In this document: one piece after another, positions 13,548 through 24,443 of the stretch
Layout: each line of letters begins with the position of its first letter
How positions within the stretch are numbered: the stretch's first letter is position 1
Origin: Macrostomum lignano
Lineage: Eukaryota
Length of the DNA: 41,385 nucleotides
NCBI GenBank assembly: GCA_002269645.1
Contig: NIVC01004582.1
Coordinates: forward strand, 1 to 41,385
Reading direction: 5' to 3'
Position numbers and translations under genes: made by a program
Notes under the pieces: generated by a model
Seen by the model: only the letters and a program-made list of their open reading frames with translations
Databases searched by the model: none
What the model was told of the DNA's origin: nothing

Positions 13548-15217
13548 CTATAAGTGATTCTCCGACACCTCTCCGGAGAGAGGAATTCGGCTTGACTTGG
13601 GCTGCTGTTGATCCACCCGATCCGCCATCGCTTCTGCCGGCCCTTCAAATAGACTCTGCGTACTAACAAGGAAAAACTTCTTATGCGTCTGCACTGTCCA
13701 GCATGGCAGCTGTAGTGACAGAACTTCTCCATTCAGTTCAGGCTGTTTAAATCCGCGAACCATGGCGAAGTTGATCCTGGTGAGCATGGAGACCAGATCC
13801 TCTTTATGGGCGAACTCGTAAAAGGTTGCGCACAGGGCTAAAATGAAGCGACTGCCGTAACTACTTCGAAAAGCGAAGTCCCCAGGCGATGTCGAATGGG
13901 CCACGATCAGCCCGCTCTGCTCAGGCGGCGGCTCAGATCCGCTGGCAGGATTGCCTTGGTGAATGCCCACCTGGATGGCCATCTCCGTCATCATCGCGCA
14001 GACTCTCTCCGAGTTCGCCGCCAGTTTTCCGGCGACGGCCTCGCTCAAATCGATCCGACAGGCTTGAATGAGAACCAGTCTGGGCTTGGCCCTGACACCG
14101 GCGCCTCTGGACATCAGTTGGAGTATTTCAAACTCTTCAACGATGCCCAATTTTTCCCCTCTTCTGTAGTCTGTGCCGCAGATAATGCCGAGGCTACCGT
14201 GCGACATGATAGCCAGGACGCAAGCGTCTCCATGGCTGTCATCGTTGGCAAAGTTTCTCACCGCCTCCCGCATCTGCTCAGCTGTCAGGTTAACCATTTC
14301 TGTCACACTGAACTGCATAAGAGTCAGCACGTGACGCAGGTTCTTAAAATCCATGTAGCTCTCGGGTCGATTCGAGGTTGGAAGCACGAAACTTACGTTA
14401 TGAATTATCAGAGCTTTTTTAGTAGCACGATTTCCAATGTAGTAAACCAGATCGTCAATCGGATTGGGATCAGTCTTCAGTCTCTCGGCTGTTTCGGCGT
14501 CCAGCTGCTTCAGGTGCGATCCGTCGCCAATAATTCTGGCGAACTCCTCCCTGTCCTTCAGCATTTTCACCGGCAGCCGTGGCTGGATGAACTCGCCAGT
14601 CAAGCCATTCTGCGTCTTCAACCTGAACTTATCGAAAACTTCGCTCTCGATTTCGTACTGAATCAACTCGCCGAGACCTCTGCTGTGCCATTTTTTCTTT
14701 TTTAGATCAGCGAGCAGCTGCAGGAAGGTCCTCACTTCATCTCGCATCTTCACGGTGATGCTCATGAGCACCATGTTGCGCAGATTCCTTCGACATTCGT
14801 CTGGCCTCATCAGCTTAACGCAGTCGGCTTTCTCTTCGGAGTACGTGTTGGAGATTCTGCAGAATATAAGCAGCTTCTGCGTTGAGTCATTTGCAGCCAA
14901 AAGCAGTTTGACAATTTCGTCAAGGTCGGCGGGTTCGTCAGACTCAAGCAGTACGACCACAACCAGCTGTTTGGCGTCCTTCGCTACGCCCTCGATTCCA
15001 TTTTTTATGTCGTTAAAATCGGTCGATGGTACATAGTTGACAATGAATCCGCAGCGGTCCAAGAAGCACTCATAGTCGCGAACTTCTAAGCAGCAGTTGA
15101 CTTCCTGATTGTATGTCTGGCTGAATATAACAGCCCTGCATTGTCCACTGAATGAAGGCAGCTGGACGGGTTTCGGCGTTGGCGTTGTTTGCGGACTCGG
15201 TAGCAAAATTGGTTCGA
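13548..15217 (-). CDS. Caspase-family gene 3, main exon: cryptic domain plus catalytically intact caspase
   Basis: Uninterrupted 552-aa frame with NRPESYMD, CVLAIMSHG, PRLVLIQACRI and p10 GLIVAHSTSPG.FAFRSSYGSRFI..EDLVSMLTRIN. Phase-1 acceptor TTTCAG at 15218; upstream exon not identified. Confidence 0.92.
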
Positions 15218-16195
15218 CTGAAATTTAAACAAATTTAGAATACTTTTTCAAAACTACTGATGTGCACTGCTCATGGTCTTAGTACAATATATAGCATATA
15301 GTAGCATATATATTGCAATAGTTACGTAACGAGCTTCCATTTTATATCTGCTGTACGCTCGTATACTGCTACCTGTACCAGCATAGAAGTGCTTTGTCAG
15401 TGTCCCAGCAGCCCACACTGCACCAGGCCGAAAATTCGCGTCCAAAATCCATATTAGGCAATCTCTCTACCAGAAGCGTCCCAATGCCCGAAGACCACTC
15501 GCTATATAATACTAATAGTAACAACAGTGGTCTGGGGCTTAGAAACCTTCACTGGCACTACAAACGCGGACCTGATATAAGTCTATCTAGCTCTATTTTA
15601 AATGATGAGACTGTAAAGCAAAGGACTGAGTTTGGTGCCACTGTCACTCAGGTAAGAGTCATTCGAATTTCGCTTAAAAGTATTTCAAATAGTCTAAAGA
15701 TTCATTGACAACCTCAAAGATATTAAAAAATTAATATCTGTTAATATAAATTTAGAACGGCTTCGACATAAAGAAAAACGAAAGCGTACCTTCGCCTTCG
15801 GTTTCGTTTGGAATATTTGTGGGAGCAGTCGATCGTTTAGGGGCATCGCAAGCCTCGGCCATGGTGGGTAGCATCGGATGCTATATAGCTTGTTTTGTGG
15901 CTTCTGCTTGAAAACACAGCAACAAGAATGTATAGCTACAGTGTATAGCTGCTTTTTATAGAACCTACAGTTAGAGGCTACGTGTATAGAGCCCATTTAT
16001 GGTGCCAAACGTAAATTGTGACGTCTGTTTCTATAATTAAACAGTTCTGGAAAAGAGATTTGCTAGATAGATACGCTTTATATGGCCTAAGGGCCCAGAT
16101 ATTCTGCAGTTTAATACAGACTGCTTTGCATGATATGGAAGATACGAATTCAAGAAATATACGAGCGTACGATGCAATTTACGCAACTGTAATAC

Positions 16196-17112
16196 TGAAG
16201 AGTTTAAGAGTGGTGATCAGTCACTCAAAAACTCCCACTTCTAGACACGGGGGAACAAGTGCCTAGGTATTTATCAGTTCAAATAACTTACTTCAGCGGA
16301 TCCTCTTGGGGTCGGCAGCCGGTGGAGTTCTGTGGCGCGTCGGGATAGCAAGCTTGCTGAGCGGTTACGGCGACCGGTTCCGGTGAACCACTGTTTTTCT
16401 TTGGTGTCCTTAACTTTATCTGTGGGTCGACCAAACGAGAGCGAATCAGAACTTCTTAACGGTCCTCGAGCTCGGAATTCACAATAGAACGTGCGCCCTA
16501 ATGAACAATTGAATTCTCTAATTTTCTGTGATAGGTCCTCCTGAAGGGCGGCTTCTTCGTTACGTCCGAAACGTAACGGATAACTCAATTAAATCAATAA
16601 ATCCTCTAGGAATATCCTAGGAAACAAGGAGGCCTTTCTCAAATGTATCGACAATGAACTGCTCTCGTATACTCAATCAATCACTTTATTAGCGCTACTA
16701 ACAATTAACTAAATCGGGTAAACGCTTACCAATTGGACAGGGATGGTCCCTCAGAGATTGGTCTTCTTATTTCTTCGGTGTCTTCTTAGAGACCGCTCCG
16801 AGTCTGAATTTTGACTTGAATTTTCACTTATATTTATAGCAAAATTTTGGAAAAAAACCGGTTTGGGATTGGGTATTTACTTAGGTCAAAAATGTTTGAT
16901 TAAGCGGTCATGCATGTTTGAGCATTACCATATATGGAGTTAAACAAATACAGCTGTTGAAATCCGGTTCCTTGATCAAACAATGTAGGGTTCTAAATCA
17001 TTCTGTTTGCGCGTGATTCCTAAAATAGATATGACTCATTTTGAAAGAAATTGACTTCCTTAGAATATTACTTTAAGTAGAGCATTACGGTATGGTCTAA
17101 TAACTCTCTACA
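16196..17112 (-). repeat. 3' LTR (917 bp)
   Basis: Same length as 19990-20906, with no difference seen on visual reading; TATAAA at 16833-16838 and AATAAA at 16685-16690 on the minus strand. Confidence 0.95.
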
Positions 17113-17115
17113 ATA

Positions 17116-17127
17116 TCTCCCCTTTTC
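17116..17127 (-). promoter_or_regulatory. Polypurine tract
   Basis: Minus strand GAAAAGGGGAGA, 3 nt before the TG of the 3' LTR. Confidence 0.85.
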
Positions 17128-17305
17128 ACAAAAAATTCGTCCCGAATTTTAAAGTTAAAGCGGTGAAGTGGGGTTTTATCTTCTAATAAACATGAAAATG
17201 TATTTAAGGATTAGAAATTTTGAACCAGTAGTAGTATAGTAGATGGATAGGTAGATAGGTAGGTCACATTGTTATTGTGTTGCTTGGCAGGATGCATTGT
17301 TATTG

Positions 17306-17905
17306 TTAATAGGAAAGCGTATTATTCAGTATATCGTTTACTTTGGTTGTCAATCTCGCGAGTGGCCACAGTAAGTGCTGTATCGGCGTAAATTGTGTTG
17401 ATTCGGTGGCGTTGAGGAATTCCAGGTAGATCTCTTCAGTTGTACTCGTAGTATTTATTGGATGCGCCGCATATTGACGTACCAAGTCAAAAAGATATTC
17501 CAAATGGTCTCTCTTGTTGAATGGTATTGGCCATGTTCGTATAGCTGTTGCTAGTTCCTTGGCCGTCATACTGTCCATGGTCTCCTTTGTAAGTTGGATC
17601 TTTGGTAATGTTGTTGTTCCGGCGTAAATTTCCTTAGATATTGGCGCTGCACAAGTTATGCAATGCTTATAGTCGCGGCACCGAATTTTTAGAGCACAAT
17701 CTCGGCAGACCCAGTGTCCGTTGGCGCACATCCTTTGTTGCGGTGTTGTATTGCATACCTGGCTCAGGGTAGGTGGTGCGCGGCATAGCGGGCATTTGTC
17801 TATTCTATCCGTTGTGCAGCAGTTATAGCAGAACTTATGCCCATGCTGACAGTAGACATACTGTTCAGTGTCTTCATAACAAACAATGCACTCGTCGCTA
17901 TCCAT
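17306..17905 (-). CDS. Cargo ORF B: tandem SINA-type RING fingers plus C-terminal R-T-WPIP domain
   Basis: MDSDECIVC..CQHGHKFCYNC..CPLC, then VC..CANGHWVCRDC..CITC (first Cys of finger 2 lost). Likely ATG at 17905 by analogy with ORF A; the open frame extends to 18052. Confidence 0.85.
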   Translation of the reverse strand: MDSDECIVCYEDTEQYVYCQHGHKFCYNCCTTDRIDKCPLCRAPPTLSQVCNTTPQQRMCANGHWVCRDCALKIRCRDYKHCITCAAPISKEIYAGTTTLPKIQLTKETMDSMTAKELATAIRTWPIPFNKRDHLEYLFDLVRQYAAHPINTTSTTEEIYLEFLNATESTQFTPIQHLLWPLARLTTKVNDILNNTLSY

Positions 17906-17978
17906 GTCTGAAAAATGGTCAATGTGATAAGTAATATCTGTGCAAGAATGGTTGCAATATCTGTGGGTGCATGGTATT

Positions 17979-18628
17979 TTAATCAATTTCTGAAGCGGAA
18001 CTATTATAGTCATATGATTCTTGGGGTGGTAATATATAAGACAAGTCCTCATTACGCAGAATGAGTGCAGGTAGAGTTGTACAGAGGATGGGGCATGGGT
18101 GAAAATTCATATCGTTAACAATTTTAAACAGCTTATGTTCAATTTCTTGTGGAGATAATTGCCGGAGTCTAGAACCGTAGGAAGAGGAATAGCGAACGAG
18201 GTATTTACGTGTTTTATGAGCAGCACGTGGTATGGGCCATGATCTGAGGCGGATAATTATAGCATGTGATGGAAAAAGAGCATAAGTGAATGGGTGAAGC
18301 TGTAGGTTGTAGTCCGCTTGAATGCATGCAAGTTTGTTGTTAACTTTAGGTAAAGGGTGGCATCGCATATAGGACACTGACAAATGGAGCGATAAGCAAG
18401 CTTCTTAATACATTGTGTGCACATAAAATGTTGATTTAAGCAATATTGTTCAGTGCGCCAGGAGTTGCATATCATGCATTGACGGAGATTACCTCGACAC
18501 ATAGGGCAATTTTTTAAAGGTTTTTTGTAATGTGCAAGGCTTAAGCAAGAACCACACACCTGGTGTCTATTGACACATATACAAGGTAGTTTACATGAAA
18601 ATTCTCCGAGACAGATAGGACAATCCAT
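17979..18628 (-). CDS. Cargo ORF A: tandem SINA-type RING fingers plus R-S-WPIP domain, split by a -1 frameshift near 18270
   Basis: MDCPIC..CVNRHQVCGSC..CPMC and CMIC..CLNQHFMCTQC..CPIC in 18257-18628. IRLRSWPIP in the -1 frame (17979-18383) matches AIRTWPIP of ORF B. Confidence 0.8.
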
Positions 18629-18759
18629 TGTCGTGTTTGTCGTAGTTGTGTGAGCGTTTGTAGGAAAACAAGGATTTAGTCGCCTCTTACGACAAGCTTG
18701 AGGAAGCTGTAGTGCTATTCTTTATCCCGGTCACTACACGGGGACATGAAGCGAATAAT

Positions 18760-19623
18760 TTAACGAGGTCTTAGGTTGTACGTATGACCGACAGGTGGTG
18801 CGTTTGTTGTTTGTGTTTCGGCGTGTGCAGTGGCAATGTGTTTATTTGTTGTTTTTGTGTGGTCTGGATTTTGTAGGTCTGGGAGGAATGTAGTGTCGTT
18901 AGTGATACGTTTTAGACGTTGAATGTGAACATAGAACTGAGGTTGATGTGGATCCTGGATATTAGCGAGGCGTGCCGTTGTTGCCGATACCAATGCCGTT
19001 ACTCGGAATGGTCCTTTGTATTTAAGTGCGTGTTTATGTGTATGTTGCGCAGGGTAATGTAGGTAAACGATGTCTCCGACTTGTAGAGTAGATGTATGAT
19101 TGCTGGTGGTGACTACTGCCTGTTGATTTTCTAAATTGTGTTTCGCGATTTGCCATGCCAGGTGTAGCTGCGAAGTAAACTTTTGTAGTGTTGTTGGCGT
19201 TTCCACGTACTGAGAAGGTAATAGTTTTTGAACTAGTAGGCTTGGTGGCTGATGCAACGCTTTAATAATTTTGCGGACGTCATCGACGAAAGTAAGGAAG
19301 GATTCCGTCGGACTCATTTTTCGATTATGAAGTTTGTGTAGAAGCACAGATCGATTGGTTCCACATCTGGCGAATTGTGCTCTCAGTTGTGTAACTAAAG
19401 TATGATAGTCTTGCTGTGCGGCGGCATTTAGTTTGCCATAAATTTCTCGAGCAGTACCTTCTAACAGTGGAGGAAGAAGAAGTGCCTTTTCTGGATTTTG
19501 TAGTCCGTATTCGCGAGTTACAAGGTCGAAGTGTTCAATGAAGGTGTTAAAATCTTTATCCATAGTATACATTCCAACAGTTTCCTTGACATCGCGATGC
19601 ACTGTAGGGTTTCTTCGAGCCAT
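18760..19623 (-). CDS. Gag (capsid-like) N-terminus fused in frame to integrase C-terminal (GPY/F) tail
   Basis: FIEHFDLV..YG..KALLLPPLLEGTAREIY..YHTLVTQLRAQF..L..RKM...ESFLTF is a retrotransposon Gag pattern, followed by LQVGDIVYL..KYKGPFRV..VHIQRLK and terminal YNLRPR. ATG at 19623; junction near 19255. Confidence 0.85.
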   Translation of the reverse strand: MARRNPTVHRDVKETVGMYTMDKDFNTFIEHFDLVTREYGLQNPEKALLLPPLLEGTAREIYGKLNAAAQQDYHTLVTQLRAQFARCGTNRSVLLHKLHNRKMSPTESFLTFVDDVRKIIKALHQPPSLLVQKLLPSQYVETPTTLQKFTSQLHLAWQIAKHNLENQQAVVTTSNHTSTLQVGDIVYLHYPAQHTHKHALKYKGPFRVTALVSATTARLANIQDPHQPQFYVHIQRLKRITNDTTFLPDLQNPDHTKTTNKHIATAHAETQTTNAPPVGHTYNLRPR

Positions 19624-19970
19624 ATTTTCAAATGGGAACGGCAAGAGGACCAGATCTGGATCAATTTCCAAAGGATTTTCCAGATTGGACTTTCAAAGTG
19701 GCGAACAAGTGTTGTGTGTGTGTGCAAGCTCTTATTTACTTAAAGGAAGAAAGGAAAATGGACACGGGGGCAAAAAAAATTCTGTGTTGCCTTTACCAAA
19801 GAAAGAAATTGAGATAGGATATTCGCAAATTTAACAAAAGTATAAAACGGTGCACGAAGAATCAAAGGGTCTCTATGCAAACAATGGCGGTTCGGTAAAA
19901 AGTTCAGAAAAATTTGCGCAAAGGACTTGTGTCAAAGTACTTTCAACGATCTAGCCTGGTAGCGCTTGAG

Positions 19971-19987
19971 CCTGGGCGAGATCACCA
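19971..19987 (-). promoter_or_regulatory. Primer-binding site, probably tRNA-Val type
   Basis: Minus strand TGGTGATCTCGCCCAGG, 2 nt after the 5' LTR; complementary to a tRNA 3' end CCUGGGCGAGAUCACCA. The Val assignment is inferred from resemblance to animal tRNA-Val 3' ends. Confidence 0.8.
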
Positions 19988-19989
19988 GT

Positions 19990-20906
19990 TGAAGAGTTTA
20001 AGAGTGGTGATCAGTCACTCAAAAACTCCCACTTCTAGACACGGGGGAACAAGTGCCTAGGTATTTATCAGTTCAAATAACTTACTTCAGCGGATCCTCT
20101 TGGGGTCGGCAGCCGGTGGAGTTCTGTGGCGCGTCGGGATAGCAAGCTTGCTGAGCGGTTACGGCGACCGGTTCCGGTGAACCACTGTTTTTCTTTGGTG
20201 TCCTTAACTTTATCTGTGGGTCGACCAAACGAGAGCGAATCAGAACTTCTTAACGGTCCTCGAGCTCGGAATTCACAATAGAACGTGCGCCCTAATGAAC
20301 AATTGAATTCTCTAATTTTCTGTGATAGGTCCTCCTGAAGGGCGGCTTCTTCGTTACGTCCGAAACGTAACGGATAACTCAATTAAATCAATAAATCCTC
20401 TAGGAATATCCTAGGAAACAAGGAGGCCTTTCTCAAATGTATCGACAATGAACTGCTCTCGTATACTCAATCAATCACTTTATTAGCGCTACTAACAATT
20501 AACTAAATCGGGTAAACGCTTACCAATTGGACAGGGATGGTCCCTCAGAGATTGGTCTTCTTATTTCTTCGGTGTCTTCTTAGAGACCGCTCCGAGTCTG
20601 AATTTTGACTTGAATTTTCACTTATATTTATAGCAAAATTTTGGAAAAAAACCGGTTTGGGATTGGGTATTTACTTAGGTCAAAAATGTTTGATTAAGCG
20701 GTCATGCATGTTTGAGCATTACCATATATGGAGTTAAACAAATACAGCTGTTGAAATCCGGTTCCTTGATCAAACAATGTAGGGTTCTAAATCATTCTGT
20801 TTGCGCGTGATTCCTAAAATAGATATGACTCATTTTGAAAGAAATTGACTTCCTTAGAATATTACTTTAAGTAGAGCATTACGGTATGGTCTAATAACTC
20901 TCTACA
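19990..20906 (-). repeat. 5' LTR (917 bp)
   Basis: Direct repeat of 16196-17112; TATAAA at 20627-20632 and AATAAA at 20479-20484 on the minus strand. Confidence 0.95.
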
Positions 20907-21604
20907 ATACACTACCGCTACAGTTTGACCAGTGCAATTTGCATTCGTTGCGGATGTGTTAGTTAAAGCATTGATAAATAAATCCGAAGATATAGCTACA
21001 CAAATTACCTTCAGGGGCACATTGTAGCTCTACCTGTTATTAGCCATTCTAAAAGAAAAGAGTCGAGTTACAGCTTCTGCATGATACCTTTGGTTTAATT
21101 TGTTTAATCAAATTCCTTAGCCTAATTAAGAAGCTAACGTTATGGAGCTGATTTTTGGGTGCCTTAATACTTAATTTGTTGAAAATTTAACTCAATGAAA
21201 GTACAAGTTAAGGAATATTTGACTTAGATAGAAATATAACTGCTAATTTGATAAATAAATTGCTAAGAGTTCTAGGACATATTGACAGAATCGTTATCTA
21301 GTTGATAACAATTTCTAGAAGCGAAGAATGTTTAAGTAGTTATTGTGACTTCAGCACCGATACATAAGCGAGTACATGTAAGGCTTTTCGTCCAAGTTTG
21401 ATTCACAATTGACTCAAAGTTATCAAAGTGACGTACTTGAATGCAAACTTTCATAATCGGATTTCTTTATTTGATAAAATTGTCTCTTAGCAAAAGTCAA
21501 ATCATAGCAGCGTTATCAATTTTAGAACATAGTCATATTTCGCGCATTGTCCAGCTGTCTTACATTTTTAATTCATTCTCTTTGCATTTTTCATTCTCTT
21601 CTGT

Positions 21605-22187
21605 TTGAAGATTGGGGGCCGGTGATTTTGCAGATTGAGAGCCGGTGGTTTTGAAGATTGAGAGCCGGTGTTTTTGCAGATTGAGAGCCGGTGGTTTTGG
21701 AGATCGGGGGCCGGTGATTTTGGAGATCGGGGGCCGGTGATTTTGGAGATTGAGAGCCGGTGGTTTTGGAGATTGGGGGCCGGTGATTTTGGAGATTGAG
21801 AGCCGGTGGTTTTGGAGATCGGGGGCCGGTGATTTTGGAGATTGAGAGCCGGTGGTTTTGGAGATTGGGGGCCGGTGATTTTGGAGATTGAGAGCCGGTG
21901 GTTTTGGAGATTGGGGGCCGGTGGTTTTGGAGATTGGGCGCTGGTGGTTTTGGAGATTGGGGGCCGGTGATTTTGAAGATTGGGGGCCGGTGGTTTTGGA
22001 GATTGGGCGCTGGTGGTTTTGGAGATTGGGGGCCGGTGATTTTGAAGATTGGGGGCCGGTGGTTTTGGAGATTGGGCGCTGGTGGTTTTGGAGATTGGGG
22101 GCCGGTGATTTTGGAGATTGGGGGCCGGTGGTTTTGGAGATTAGGGGCTGGTGGTTTTGGAGATTGGGGGCTGGTGGTTTTGGAGAT
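21605..22187. repeat. 23-bp minisatellite (GGAGATTGGGGGCCGGTGGTTTT variants), about 25 copies
   Basis: Directly visible; the 23-aa periodicity of the overlapping ORFs equals 3 units. Confidence 0.97.
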
Positions 22188-22231
22188 TTGTTGTTTCACT
22201 ACATGATTTGAATTCGGCTCCTGCAAATGCC

Positions 22232-22370
22232 TAAGTGTACATGCCGAACGATAAATACAGTTAGGGCCACTGTGCACTCACTGTGTGAGTGTGTGCCTGT
22301 GCGTATGACTGCGTACGTATCCGCGCGCTTGTGTGCCTGCTCAGGGGAGTCGGCGAAATGGGCAGTAATT
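22232..22370 (+). mobile_element. 3' portion of SINE family B
   Basis: Aligns by eye with the reverse complement of 5772-5910 (AAGTGTACATGCC..GCCACTGT..CGCGCGCTTG..GGCG(A/G)AATGGGCAGTAAT). Confidence 0.75.
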
Positions 22371-22602
22371 CCATCCGACATTAGCCAGTGAATGTTGTGA
22401 ACTGTTCAAGGAAAGAAAAGATATTAGAAAACTACGATATCACTACGCACTTTCTAGACATGGGTTTATAGCGCTGAAGAATATCACAAAGAGAACGAGC
22501 CAGTGCCATTTTTTAAAAAGCAGTTTGTTCAGCGACAACTGATTAATATGGAGTTTACTTCAATCATTGAGACCTCATTGGATTTTTAAAACGCACTCCG
22601 AA

Positions 22603-23439
22603 CTACGAACGAATGTAGAACTCTCCAGGTGTTTTGTACAGAGCCGGATGAGGAATCAGCGGATACCTCAGCAGGTGGCAGGCAAGTCGCAGCCCATCAA
22701 ACAGCACAGCCTCGCACTGACCAGCTTTGCACCTGGAAGTGCACTCGAGGCTGCTCATGGCGTTGTGAGTCCAGTAGAGCGGGCTGGTGTAGTTTGTGGC
22801 TGTAGTAATTGCGATGTAGTTTCTGGGTGACTCAGCAAAGCTGACGCACTCTCGGCTGCCTGAAAATATTTGTTTTGAAAAGGAACTATATACCAAATAG
22901 CTTTGATTTTCGTTTTGTTCAGAAAAATCGTAACTAACTACCTGAGTACGTCAAGGCGTAAATAGAGTTTCTATCGCGCCCGCCGCACATCTGAGAGCGA
23001 TCCCCAGGCAGGACATGTTGCACTCTTCTTTGCTGGCTGCAAACCCGTACCTGCCGTACGTATTGGAACAAGAGCAACAGCAGGCGTGCTGTACGCCAAA
23101 GTAGCTGAAGCCTCCAAGAGAGCAGACTGACGCACACAACTCCAGAGTCATGTTTCTGTCAAAAACCACAGCCTGCTGGTAAAACATGCTGTGTCCGCCA
23201 AAATAGTGCACACCGAACAGCGCATTCAGATCTCTGGCCCCGGGCTTGTTTGAGTCCACGAAGCATCCAATATAGCTGCTGGTTGCCGGCCTTGCCTCAG
23301 CAGTTTGGCAGGATGTCAGCACTAGCAGGATGAGCAGAGAAGCTGAAGGCAACAAGGCAAGAAGACGAAATGAACATCTTCCATCTTGCTGCTGTTGGAT
23401 TAGCACAACTGTTTTAGTAGCCATCATTCTTCTTTCCAC
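22603..23439 (-). CDS. Secreted WSC-domain + PAN/apple-like protein, copy A (one -1 frameshift near 23005)
   Basis: Signal-peptide-like LLILLVLTSC..AEA; WSC pattern YIGCFVD..MTLELCASVC..YFGVQ..C.CS..YG..CNMSC.G..MCGG..NSIY; phase-1 intron 22941-22860; exon 2 with SSLECTSRCKAGQCEAVLFD..ACHLL. Confidence 0.85.
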
Positions 23440-23928
23440 TGTTTAAATTTTTCATCCGTCTTAATGCGTTGGATTATATATTGAAATTTCCTGCCAATTT
23501 GTAGCAATTCACAAATGTCACTCAAACTGAAGCGTCTCGATCTACAGGTTAATTGGCAGGTGTGAACAAGTTTTTGGAGAGGAACAAATTGCAATTAAAA
23601 ATGTCTATCGTCCGACCTTGGTTCAATATTTACCCAGCAACTGATATTATTTTCAAAATAAGAATACAAAGATGCTACGCAGATCAAATGATTATCGATT
23701 TTAGTTTTGTCAATCAATTCGATATAATTGATTGCTATCTGTCCTACTGTAAGTAACCCTTTTAGAGCGGTAGCATTCGAAAGGAAAATGTGCCTTAAGC
23801 CTTGGTTATAACCTTGCGTTAAAATTGAAATGAACTATAGCAAATCGAATATGTCATACGTATTTGTTTTTAAATCAACTAATTAGTTGAAACATACAAT
23901 TCCATACACTTCCTTTCTGATTAAAAAG

Positions 23929-24443
23929 GGGATGTGAACTTAAGCTCCAGAATGGAGCTCAAATGAGGCCAGCAGACCAAACCGACTGGAATCGATAAGT
24001 TGTCGGCCCAGATGACTACAATGACTTTTGCGGGTCGTCTCCTAAGGTGGGGGGGGGGCGACCGCTTCGCTACCCGCCAGCCCGAGTGGCACTGATGGCA
24101 CCTTATGGTCTTGGGCAATTAGACCGTAAAAAATTCACGGCCTAAACCAAAAACTGAAATGTGAGGGCTATTGACTCGCTTCTTGGTTTCCAAAATAATC
24201 ACTATTCCTTAACATGGCTTAAGGGCTACAAAACACTGCGCGTTTTTTGAGATAAACTCTAGAGCCTTAAGTTCACATAAAATCCCCATTTATCCCATTT
24301 CTTCCCCAGGACCCTGCAGTAGAATAGACTCGGGTGGGATGTGTCAGCGTTTGTAGTCATCTGGGCCGACAAGTTATCGATTCCAGTCGGTTTGGTCTGC
24401 TGGCCTCATTCGAGCTCCATTCTGGAGATTAAGTTCACATCCC
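23929..24443. repeat. 93-bp inverted repeat pair (23929-24021 and 24351-24443) with 329-bp spacer; foldback/MITE-like
   Basis: GGGATGTGAACTTAAGCTCCAGAATGGAGCTC..GATGACTACAA matches its reverse complement with about 3 mismatches. No clear TSD. Confidence 0.88.

Larger units (their letters stand above)
16196..20906 (-). mobile_element. Non-autonomous Ty3/Gypsy-type LTR retrotransposon (4711 bp) with RING-finger cargo
   Basis: Two 917-bp direct repeats with TG..CA ends; 4-bp TSD ATAC (16192-16195, 20907-20910); PBS, PPT, Gag-like and integrase C-terminal sequence; no PR/RT/RNase H/IN-core motifs seen. Confidence 0.95.

Noticed and set aside
13889-15036. Several + strand ORFs (up to 269 aa)
   Set aside because: Antisense shadows of the GC-rich caspase gene 3 exon.
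16274-16588. 104-aa ORF repeated identically at 20068-20382
   Set aside because: Lies in the LTR U5 region, starts at TTG and has no domain; the identity only reflects LTR duplication.
17306-18628. env gene in the canonical env position
   Set aside because: No signal peptide, furin site or transmembrane helix; the Cys/His spacing is RING-type.
21591-22277. Pro-rich or Trp/Gly-rich repetitive ORFs
   Set aside because: Products of the 23-bp minisatellite, whose unit is not a multiple of 3.
22340-22370. GGCGAAATGGGC resembling the HDV ribozyme J4/2-P2
   Set aside because: No upstream P1/P2/P3 partners found; it is the SINE-B tail.
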